Shown here piece after piece: positions 1-6,050 of a DNA stretch of 6,715 nt. Within the stretch, counting starts at the first letter, position 1, and each line of letters opens with the position of its first letter. A program made the position numbers and the translations under genes. The stretch comes from a virus. Lineage: Duplodnaviria > Heunggongvirae > Uroviricota > Caudoviricetes. The notes under the pieces were generated by a model. It did not search any database. It had not been told where the DNA came from and worked only from the letters and a program-made list of their open reading frames with translations. The stretch is taken from the IMG/VR virus record IMGVR_UViG_2711768053_000010. One strand, given 5' to 3'.

Positions 1-119
1 TTGTTTTGTTGATGTGATCCTTTCGTGATCGTTTTTCGTCTCGCGTAAAGTATGAAAACTCTTTTAATATCATGCGGTTTTATTGCTCCTGCCATTTGTG
101 CGATCGTAAAAACCACTCT

Positions 120-225
120 GAAAACTGCAAAAAATTTCAAAGCGTGAAATTTCAGATCTTCGCTTTTCCCTCAGTCGCTGCGCGGGCTGGCGGTCATTTT
201 TGCACGGCAGAAAACTGAAAAACTG
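120..225. repeat. Recurrent GAAAACTG motif in the non-coding flank
   Basis: GAAAACTG at 120-127 and 210-217, GAAAAACTG at 217-225, and GAAAACT at 54-60. Also a perfect 10-bp palindrome TGAAATTTCA at 145-154, preceded by a second AAATTTCA at 132-139. Confidence 0.4.
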
Positions 226-264
226 TTTCGACACAAAACCCGCGGGTTGGAGGGGGTAGCGCGG

Positions 265-308
265 TTTACGTCACCTCACGCTTTACGTCACACCGTTTAC
301 GTGGTGTG
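265..308. repeat. Three direct repeats of TTTACGT(C/G), the third inside a CACACC/GGTGTG inverted repeat
   Basis: TTTACGTCAC at 265-274 and 282-291, TTTACGTGGT at 296-305. CACACC (289-294) and GGTGTG (303-308) are reverse complements flanking the third copy. Read directly from the sequence in non-coding DNA. Confidence 0.5.
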
Positions 309-425
309 CGCATACAGCGCCGGAATGGCACGCAGAACGCATTAATCAGGTGGCAGATATGAAACCGCACGGCCTGAACCGTGCGTTGCGTGATGGGGCG
401 TTTATGTGGATTTTATGCCCGGTGA

Positions 426-2123
426 TCAGGCGATAAGGTCGCCGTATTTTTCGCGCAGGCTCGTAGCCTGTTGGGCGTCTGCGGCAAGTTCGCTGCTGTT
501 TGTTGGTGCGCCAGTGTTGCTGTGGGTGTGGTTTGCAGTGTGTGTGGCCAGCAACTGAACCAGATCCAGAATATCAATCAACAACGTCAGCAGATTAAGC
601 CCGGATTTTTCCCGTGAGCCACCGCGACCGATAAATACAGTCGGGGCGGTAAATTCCAGGCCGCCGTCCGCCCGGCATGTTCTGCGGCCTCCCACGTTTT
701 CGGTGAGGTTATGTTCGATGGTGGATGTCGCCCCTTTGAGTTTAGTCAGCAAATCCTGCGCTACCATCTGGATATGCTCACTGGCTGCGATCGCGTAATG
801 GCCGGTAGTAAGGTGCTCTATTTGTCCTGCCATTAGCTTGCTGGTTCCCAGAACGCTGGTTATATCGTTTGCCTGTACTGTGGTTGTTCTGGTTGTTGTT
901 GTGCGTTCCTCCTGATCGCTGTTAATGGTTCGCCGGGCTGAATGTTCTCTGATTTGCTGGTCGGTTTCTCTGTGCCAGCTCCCGTCAGTCGTGACACGCT
1001 GAAACACTTCTGCGCGCTGTTGTTGCAATTGTTCGCCGGGCTTTACATCAGGCAGGTTATGGCCAGCGGGTAAGATTTGCCTGATAACAGGCTTATCCGG
1101 GCGTCCTTCAATGTTGGATATTTCCACGATGGTGCCTGCTGGCGGGTAGGCAAAACATCCCGCCTCACTGCCAGCCATGGGGACGGGGAGGGGTACTGCC
1201 GGGTAAACAGGCGTATCGTTTTTATCGTTGCCGTTCTCATCAAGCAACTGCACATCGACGGCGTAGCGTGGGCGGAAGCTGTCGGCTACATCGCCCAGGG
1301 TGACGGATTCCGTTGGGGCAATGACGCGCGCCAGCCGGGTATGTAGCGTACCGCTGGCCAGTTCCGGGAACTGTGTTTCCATTTGTCTGCGTAATGGTGA
1401 TTTGGAAACAGGGCTACCCGTGGCGGTAAGGCGCTCCCATGTCAGGGTCATTTTCTCGTTGTTGAGGGCTACACGGGTAATGCGCCCGGCCGGAAGGTTC
1501 ACGCCCGGTCGCACAGTTTCCATAAACATGATGTCGATGCTGTTTCCGCCGCTTTGCCCGAGTGTGTACTGTTGCGGAATATCCGGCATTGTAATACTGG
1601 CAAATCGTGAATCAGCTGCGCTTCCCACAAATACAGAACCGTCCGGCATTGGATGCCAGACGTAATCGCTGATACTGAATGCTCGCCCCAGTTGGCTGAG
1701 CAGTTGTGCTCCGCTGCCGCTGTGGGTGATGTAGGGAGTTGGTGTGCTGGCGTAATCCGCATCTGGCGTGATGAAAACGATGCCGCTTTGTTTACCCAGA
1801 TTATCGAGTACCCCCCGCAACGTCGGGTGTTGCATGGAGCAGGGGAAATCAAAATCCAGCACAGCAGCTGCTTCGCGGATAAAAAGGCGACGTGAGCCAT
1901 TTTCAGCAGGTTGATCGCGCTCAATGTAGCCGGAGAAATAGCGCCATGCTTCACCGTCACGGCCGAGATCAATTTGTACCATTGCGCCGGCAAGGGTGTG
2001 TTCGGGTGACAGATTGTTAACAGAAATGAAGCCACGACCGGCAGCATTCAGGGTAAGAACAAGGCTTATATCGGCAATTTCCACCCGTTCGCCATTAATC
2101 ATGCAGCGTTGTATCAATTTCAT
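426..2123 (-). CDS. Baseplate hub / central spike fusion protein (gp27/gpD-like N-terminal domain plus gp5/gpV-like OB-fold and His-rich apex; VgrG-like)
   Basis: 565-aa ORF. Residues about 311-358 (PLPVPMAGSEAGCFAYPPAGTIVEISNIEGRPDKPVIRQILPAGHNLP) match the gp5/VgrG OB-fold signature (P-x-G-x-V-x-V-x-F-x-EG-x-PD-x-P-I ... N-x-P). The C-terminal LLATHTANHTHSNTGAPTNSS resembles the His-x-His apex of P2 gpV (...LHTHKHPGDSGGTTGSPL, from memory). The N-terminal 270 aa follow the general hub-domain pattern (YFSGYIERDQPAENGSRRLFIREAAAVL; SGAQLLSQLGRAFSISDYVWHPMPDGSVFVG). The ORF itself is near-certain; the product assignment is moderate. Confidence 0.6.
   Translation of the reverse strand: MKLIQRCMINGERVEIADISLVLTLNAAGRGFISVNNLSPEHTLAGAMVQIDLGRDGEAWRYFSGYIERDQPAENGSRRLFIREAAAVLDFDFPCSMQHPTLRGVLDNLGKQSGIVFITPDADYASTPTPYITHSGSGAQLLSQLGRAFSISDYVWHPMPDGSVFVGSAADSRFASITMPDIPQQYTLGQSGGNSIDIMFMETVRPGVNLPAGRITRVALNNEKMTLTWERLTATGSPVSKSPLRRQMETQFPELASGTLHTRLARVIAPTESVTLGDVADSFRPRYAVDVQLLDENGNDKNDTPVYPAVPLPVPMAGSEAGCFAYPPAGTIVEISNIEGRPDKPVIRQILPAGHNLPDVKPGEQLQQQRAEVFQRVTTDGSWHRETDQQIREHSARRTINSDQEERTTTTRTTTVQANDITSVLGTSKLMAGQIEHLTTGHYAIAASEHIQMVAQDLLTKLKGATSTIEHNLTENVGGRRTCRADGGLEFTAPTVFIGRGGSREKSGLNLLTLLIDILDLVQLLATHTANHTHSNTGAPTNSSELAADAQQATSLREKYGDLIA
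429..451 (+). terminator. Weak hairpin plus T-run on the plus strand, overlapping the 3' end of the hub-spike gene
   Basis: GGCGA (429-433), loop TAAGG, TCGCC (439-443), then GTATTTTT (444-451). The stem is only 5 bp. It could terminate a rightward transcript from the 1-425 flank, convergent with the tail operon. Confidence 0.25.
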
Positions 2124-2695
2124 GTTTTCCCTTCCTCTTTCACGCTCCCGATGCCAACAGCATCCAGACCAGAGCCAACGGCATCATTGATTTTTTTCCA
2201 GAACGAACTTTGCGTATTCATGCCTTTGTCTGGTGCCTGTTCGCTGCCATTCTGGGTCTGCTGTCTGGCGATGGTTTTCTGCGAACCGCTGCGTGCGGAT
2301 GCTTTCTCTGGCACGCTTAATTTTTCCCTGAGAGTAAAGGTGATCTGCCAGTGCATTTTTCCCTGTTGTTCCGTGGCATCAATGCCACCAGAAAATACCC
2401 CCTGTCGCATATTGATTGCCTTCGCGGTAGCGTTAGCAATGCGATATGTTTTTTTAGCACCGTTGCTTTCTGTTGCCTCCGCAAGCTGAAAAATACGGGT
2501 CAGAATAGCTTCATCGTTAAAATCAATAACCCCCGACACGCGCAGCTCTTTAGCCTTGTTTCCCTGCTGGGCGCTCGTGGTGCTGGTTGACTGTCCGGAC
2601 ATATCTTTGTCCGGTAGTTGCATGGTGGCGCTGACGGTGATGTTGCGCAGCAGAATGGCTTCTCCGTCAAGCGCAAGGACAATCATCTGGGTCAT
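2120..2695 (-). CDS. Hypothetical protein (191 aa), possibly baseplate-associated
   Basis: ORF with an AAGGGAAG Shine-Dalgarno-like sequence 8-12 nt upstream of its ATG. It overlaps the 237-aa ORF by 29 nt and its stop overlaps the start of the hub-spike gene (ATGA at 2120-2123). No confident motif. Any link to baseplate tube-initiator or LysM-type proteins (P2 gpU/gpX class), which usually sit just upstream of hub genes, is positional inference only. Confidence 0.5.
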   Translation of the reverse strand: MTQMIVLALDGEAILLRNITVSATMQLPDKDMSGQSTSTTSAQQGNKAKELRVSGVIDFNDEAILTRIFQLAEATESNGAKKTYRIANATAKAINMRQGVFSGGIDATEQQGKMHWQITFTLREKLSVPEKASARSGSQKTIARQQTQNGSEQAPDKGMNTQSSFWKKINDAVGSGLDAVGIGSVKEEGKT

Positions 2696-3380
2696 GTAGT
2701 GCTTCCCTTAGTGATGAGAGATTATCGCCGACGAACAGCATCACAGCTGTAAAAACCCACTCGGGGTGTGGGATGTTTTTTTGTATCAGCACTGCAGCTT
2801 GGCTAAGGGCTCCTTTGTAGCAAAAGCGCCACACCGGGCAAAATTTTTGCCGGAGTGCGGCCTGCTGATTAGCTATTTCCTGTAAGGCTTTATCTCTCGC
2901 ATTCATGAACTGATGCAGTGATGATGACAATGTTTCCGGTGATGTAGCGGCAGGAGTGGCTGCCTGTGCAATGGTTGCCGCCAGCGACATGCTGCGAGTG
3001 GTCTGTGTCGACAGCATTATCGGTTCCGGAAGTGATGTTGCCGGTCTGGCGGGGATTTGCATTCTGCTGATGGCCAGTGAAAGCTGGCTGGAGATCATGC
3101 GGGACATTCGTCCCACCTCCGGCAACGGAAATGCGCCTGAAAATTGCCTGGCGAGTGATAAAAACTCGCCAGCAGAAGGAGCGCAAAATAACAGCGCCAC
3201 AATGTCCTTTTCCGTGTTTTCTTTCAGATAGGGTAAAAGTGCAGATACAGCATTTTCGGGGCTGAGATAACGCCCCGATGGTTTGATGTTTCCGGTATTT
3301 TCTGACCATGGATGAAGGCAAACCACAGAGCATTTAATGTTCATGGCTGACGGGCGCAGAATTGCGTTTTCCCATTTCAT
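2667..3380 (-). CDS. Hypothetical protein (237 aa), function unknown
   Basis: Long ORF whose ATG overlaps the stop of the upstream chaperone in an ATGA arrangement (3377-3380). The N-terminal 90 aa look globular; the middle is S/T/A/P/Q-rich (PARPATSLPEPIMLSTQTTRSMSLAATIAQAATPAATSPETLSSS) followed by a short helical-looking stretch (ARDKALQEIANQQAALRQKF). I recognise no family motif. Confidence is reduced because a hairpin with flanking A/T runs (2751-2782) and a near-palindrome (2835-2853) lie inside its 3' third. Confidence 0.45.
   Translation of the reverse strand: MKWENAILRPSAMNIKCSVVCLHPWSENTGNIKPSGRYLSPENAVSALLPYLKENTEKDIVALLFCAPSAGEFLSLARQFSGAFPLPEVGRMSRMISSQLSLAISRMQIPARPATSLPEPIMLSTQTTRSMSLAATIAQAATPAATSPETLSSSLHQFMNARDKALQEIANQQAALRQKFCPVWRFCYKGALSQAAVLIQKNIPHPEWVFTAVMLFVGDNLSSLREALHDPDDCPCA
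2751..2782. terminator. Terminator-like hairpin flanked by A5 and T7, embedded in the 237-aa ORF
   Basis: AAAAA (2751-2755), then CCCAC (2756-2760), loop TCGGGGT, GTGGG (2768-2772), then AT and TTTTTTT (2776-2782). The symmetric A and T runs mean it could terminate on either strand. It lies 55-85 nt upstream of the 191-aa start codon and encodes QKNIPHPEWVF of the 237-aa ORF. Confidence 0.3.
2835..2853. promoter_or_regulatory. Near-perfect 19-bp palindrome CGGGCAAAA-T-TTTTGCCGG
   Basis: Read from the sequence: arms GCAAAA / TTTTGC around T2844, extended by flanking CGG/CCG with one mismatch. Operator-like dyad symmetry, located inside the 237-aa ORF about 140 nt upstream of the 191-aa start. 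Function not demonstrated. Confidence 0.2.
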
Positions 3381-3958
3381 TCTGACTCTCCAGCCTGAAA
3401 AGCGCGGATGTCGGCAAGATTATTCAGGCTATCCAGCACGTCCTTCATCTGTCGCTGACGTCGATAAATTTCATCATTGCGGTTAACCTGCGCCTGCGCC
3501 ATTGCTGTCGCCAGTTCTTCCAGTTCCGGCATTGACAGTTTCACCTGTTGATTATCGGCATCACCCCACGCAAGGGTGGTTCGTGCCGTATCGGATTTCG
3601 CCGCCATTACTACCGGATAAAGACGGGCCATTGAGTCGGGGCCGGCGTTCCAGGTGTGACCGTTCCATTCGAACATGAACGGTTGCGCTTCCTGTTCTGT
3701 GCGCCACGCCTCGATTTCTCGTTTTTTAGCGTCCTTTGCTGCTGCGATAAGTTCAGGCGTGACGGTGAACGGGGCGATTTCACCCCATTTGCCGCTCTGT
3801 AACTCCTCCCAGATGCGCTGGCCTGTCGGTGCGGTATCATCCTGCATGGCGGTATACAGGACGAATTCCGTTTCACCTTCAAATAACACCTCGCAGTCAA
3901 CCGCGCCATTTTCAAGATAATGCGCGTTTCTGATGCCTTTTACCGCTCTGATTCTCAT
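3377..3958 (-). CDS. Tail fibre assembly chaperone, DUF4376-like
   Basis: 193-aa ORF immediately downstream of the 690-aa fibre, with a GGGGA Shine-Dalgarno-like sequence about 8 nt upstream. The segment FMFEWNGHTWNAGPDSMARLYPVVMAAKSDTARTTLAWGDADNQQVKLSMPELEELATAMAQAQVNRNDEIYRRQRQMKDVLDSLNNLADIRAFQ fits my recollection of the DUF4376 pattern (FEW-GH-W ... W-DADN ... EL ... RQR-MK ... DIR) found in fibre chaperones. It is a different family from the Tfa at 6051-6602. Confidence 0.7.
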   Translation of the reverse strand: MRIRAVKGIRNAHYLENGAVDCEVLFEGETEFVLYTAMQDDTAPTGQRIWEELQSGKWGEIAPFTVTPELIAAAKDAKKREIEAWRTEQEAQPFMFEWNGHTWNAGPDSMARLYPVVMAAKSDTARTTLAWGDADNQQVKLSMPELEELATAMAQAQVNRNDEIYRRQRQMKDVLDSLNNLADIRAFQAGESE

Positions 3959-3971
3959 GTCTTATTCCCCG

Positions 3972-6044
3972 TTACTCGATGCGCACAAACAGGCATGTTA
4001 AAGCCCCGTTGGTAGCCACGCCGCTGTAACCGGACAGCGCCATATAACGCCCCGGAAAACTGTAGCTGCCTGCACCATAAACTGTAAGTTGTGCTGAATA
4101 GGTGTATGAGCCCGTCTCACTGAACATGGATGCGATACGAACCGGCCCCAGACGGGACCCCGGCACCACGTCGCCCAGGCCAATTTTTATGGACGTATCA
4201 CCCGTCTCAGTTCCCTGATATGCCGCCAGTATTGGCACACCAACCGCCGGATATTTGTAATATGAGCCTGAGCCCGCCATCCTGGACAACAGGTACGCCA
4301 GTGAATCTCCGTCGTAGACAACTACCCGCGATGACATGTTCCAGCTGTTATCGCTGTCGTTGTACCGGTACTGCATATAGTGAATACAGTGTTCACCCTG
4401 ATAATACTGGTTGTAACACATCAGGGTTTTAAATTTGCGGACTGTGTCAGATTCACTGTTGGCGTACGGGGACCACATCACGTCAATAATGCCGTTAAAT
4501 TGCGTGGTACCGGTAAGCAGTTGTGATGAATCTGTAATACTGACCGCATACCGCCCCGGCGTGACTTTCTTCAGCCATTCAACGAAATCAGACAGTCCCT
4601 CAAACGCCAGAGCGTCGGCACTGGCAAATGCCTGACCAAATCCATGCATGCCGGACAGTGCCAGCCTGCCCTGTGTGCGGTCGCGGATATCACTCTGGGG
4701 TTCCATCGTTGCAGCCGCTTTCAGCTCAAGCTCCGTGCGCATGGCTTCAGGTGTGTCCAGTGCCAGTAATGCGCGGGCTTTTTCTGACAGCTGCGCCAGT
4801 AAAATCCGGCCCTCTTCACTGAAATAAGGCAGCGTGTTTTCTTCCGGTGTTATCTGGCTGACAGCCGTTAACACATCATTAAGCGGCTGTTTACCTGCCA
4901 GTGCGTTCGTGATTGTCGTCGCAAAGTTCGGGTCACCACCCAGCGCCGCTGCCAGCTCGTTCAGCGTGTCCAGGGTTTCCGGTGATGAGTCAACCAGCGC
5001 GGCAAGCAGTTTGCGGACAAACGCCGCATTGGCTATTTCATTACCTGCTGCATCATCCGGCGGTGTTGGCGTGGACGGCGTTCCGGTCAGTGCCGGGCTG
5101 TTCAGTGGCGCGCGGGTTTCAATCAGTGCCCGGAGTGAAGCCTCATTGACTTTCAGGTTTTCCCAGCCAACCAGATAACCATTACTACCTCCCCAGTAAC
5201 GGTTATAATAAATATGGCCGTTAATGCCGTAGAGAATAATGACTTTGACTTCTGCTTCCGAATTGGAATAGGCTTTAGGTTCTGGCCAGATAATTTCAAT
5301 AACACCGTTTGTCTGTATGCCTGGTACCACCACATTTGTGTCCGCAAATACAGTATAACGACCGGGTTTTGCCGTTTTTACCCACCTGAGAAAATCAGTC
5401 CCTGATTTAAATTCTGTTCTGTCGCTACTGGAAAATATTTTCCCGAATCCGAACATGCCAGGAATCGCCAGACGGCCCGGAGTTCTGTCGTGAGTGTCAT
5501 TCTGTGGTTCCATTGTGGCTGCGCTTTTCAGTCCCAGATTGCCTCGGGATTCCTGTTGCGCCTCTTCCCCCTCTGCTGCAATTTCTGACAAACGGTTAGG
5601 GATTTTCAGCATTGATTTCAGCTCTGGATAAAGATCTATCTGCCAGCTCTGTGGAGGAACAGTAATTTGCGCAGCCTGAGCAATGCCGCTGTATATAATC
5701 GTGAAATTACGAATAAGTGACTCGCCTGTCACTTTTTGTCGAACAGGCGTTTTTATTACGCCGCATAGTGTTCCGCTGGCCTGATGGATGAGGCAAATCC
5801 AGTCATAGCTGAATGCACAGTCATCAGGAACAACCGCGCTACACACAATATTGTTCGGGCTTAACTGGCCATAGGTCAGTTCATTCACGGTATATGTGAT
5901 TTTTTCTTCCGGAACGGTATTATCTTCGTGCGTTGGTTCCCGCTCCATCAGGGCAAAAATAATAGTGTCAGGGCGTGCAGGTAAATTACTGGCTGTGCAT
6001 TCAGCAACCCACTTTTCAAATGCTTTCGTCAACAATGCGCTCAT
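3972..6044 (-). CDS. Tail fibre protein (690 aa), mosaic, with an internally duplicated domain
   Basis: Residues about 311-386 (RAPLNSPALTGTPSTPTPP...ANAAFV...LVDSSPETLDTLNELAAALGGDPNFATTITNALAGKQP) match the conserved block shared by P2 H, lambda Stf and related fibres (KAPLNSPALTGTPTTPTA...ALVDSSPDALNTLNELAAALGNDPNFATTMTNALAGKQP, from memory). The start codon is 6 nt after the Tfa stop and the stop is 13 nt before the next chaperone. The C-terminus is rich in G/Y/S, typical of receptor-binding tips. Confidence 0.85.
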   Translation of the reverse strand: MSALLTKAFEKWVAECTASNLPARPDTIIFALMEREPTHEDNTVPEEKITYTVNELTYGQLSPNNIVCSAVVPDDCAFSYDWICLIHQASGTLCGVIKTPVRQKVTGESLIRNFTIIYSGIAQAAQITVPPQSWQIDLYPELKSMLKIPNRLSEIAAEGEEAQQESRGNLGLKSAATMEPQNDTHDRTPGRLAIPGMFGFGKIFSSSDRTEFKSGTDFLRWVKTAKPGRYTVFADTNVVVPGIQTNGVIEIIWPEPKAYSNSEAEVKVIILYGINGHIYYNRYWGGSNGYLVGWENLKVNEASLRALIETRAPLNSPALTGTPSTPTPPDDAAGNEIANAAFVRKLLAALVDSSPETLDTLNELAAALGGDPNFATTITNALAGKQPLNDVLTAVSQITPEENTLPYFSEEGRILLAQLSEKARALLALDTPEAMRTELELKAAATMEPQSDIRDRTQGRLALSGMHGFGQAFASADALAFEGLSDFVEWLKKVTPGRYAVSITDSSQLLTGTTQFNGIIDVMWSPYANSESDTVRKFKTLMCYNQYYQGEHCIHYMQYRYNDSDNSWNMSSRVVVYDGDSLAYLLSRMAGSGSYYKYPAVGVPILAAYQGTETGDTSIKIGLGDVVPGSRLGPVRIASMFSETGSYTYSAQLTVYGAGSYSFPGRYMALSGYSGVATNGALTCLFVRIE
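4335..4725 (-). repeat. Intragenic repeat copy 2 inside the 690-aa fibre gene (about aa 441-570), GC-rich
   Basis: LKAAATMEPQSDIRDRTQGRLALSGMHGFG...GRYAVSITDS...NGIIDVMWSPY is paralogous to copy 1. It lies downstream of the conserved fibre block and continues into the unique G/Y/S-rich C-terminal tip. Confidence 0.6.
5145..5530 (-). repeat. Intragenic repeat copy 1 inside the 690-aa fibre gene (about aa 172-300), AT-rich
   Basis: The protein segment LKSAATMEPQNDTHDRTPGRLAIPGMFGFG...GRYTVFADTN...NGVIEIIWPEP is paralogous to aa about 441-570 of the same protein. DNA at about 5490-5530 (gtcattctgtggttccattgtggctgcgcttttcag) aligns at roughly 80% with 4690-4726 (atcactctggggttccatcgttgcagccgctttcag). 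Hand count of line 5221-5280 gives about 38% GC. Confidence 0.6.
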
Positions 6045-6050
6045 TACTTC

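Noticed and set aside
52-75. Lipoprotein signal peptide in the 31-aa small ORF (LISC lipobox-like tetrapeptide)
   Set aside because: The Cys is at position 8, leaving too short an h-region for a signal peptide, and the whole ORF is only 31 codons.
18-142. Mu-like transposable-phage end (MuA binding sites)
   Set aside because: CGTTTTTCGT at 31-40 and CTGCAAAAAATTTCAA at 125-140 resemble pieces of Mu end sequences as I remember them. But the orientation and position do not place a TG/CA terminus consistently, the recollection is unverified, and the motifs are AT-rich and short. Should be tested against the Mu attL/attR consensus before any claim.
1-425. P2-type Ogr/delta-dependent late promoter (TGT-N12-ACA dyad)
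   Set aside because: I checked each TGT in the flank for an ACA 12 nt downstream and found none, so there is no support for a P2-style late promoter here.
359-436. 25-codon plus-strand ORF (MKPHGLNRALRDGAFMWILCPVIRR) with an AGGTGG Shine-Dalgarno-like sequence
   Set aside because: Very short, overlaps the 3' end of the hub-spike gene on the opposite strand, and has no distinguishing features. Most likely chance.
1043-2047. Plus- and minus-strand ORFs nested inside the hub-spike gene (1043-1255, 1077-1346, 1300-1665, 1499-2047, 1653-1895)
   Set aside because: All lie in alternative frames of the 565-aa gene, have biased low-complexity compositions (C/R/S-rich) and no recognisable motifs or coupling signals. 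Treated as shadow ORFs of a GC-rich coding region.
2667-2695. Programmed ribosomal frameshift joining the 237-aa and 191-aa ORFs (chaperone G/GT or E/E' style)
   Set aside because: The downstream frame is +1 relative to the upstream frame and I see no slippery heptamer in the 29-nt overlap. The 191-aa ORF has its own ATG with a good Shine-Dalgarno sequence, so independent initiation is the simpler reading.
2109-3333. Alternative-frame ORFs overlapping the 191-aa and 237-aa genes (2109-2489 +, 2351-2590 +, 2500-2682 -, 2890-3333 -, 2956-3231 +, 3077-3265 +)
   Set aside because: Cys/Arg/His-rich or otherwise skewed translations with no start-context support. The operon-coupled minus-strand frames explain the region better, although the 237-aa call is itself only moderate.
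3610-5405. Short ORFs inside the chaperone and fibre genes (3610-3915, 3675-3920, 3998-4183, 4130-4432, 4435-4635, 4628-4822, 4834-5178, 4913-5149, 5153-5347, 5214-5405)
   Set aside because: Nested in other frames of genes with strong family motifs. Pro/Arg/Ser-rich translations typical of out-of-frame reading.
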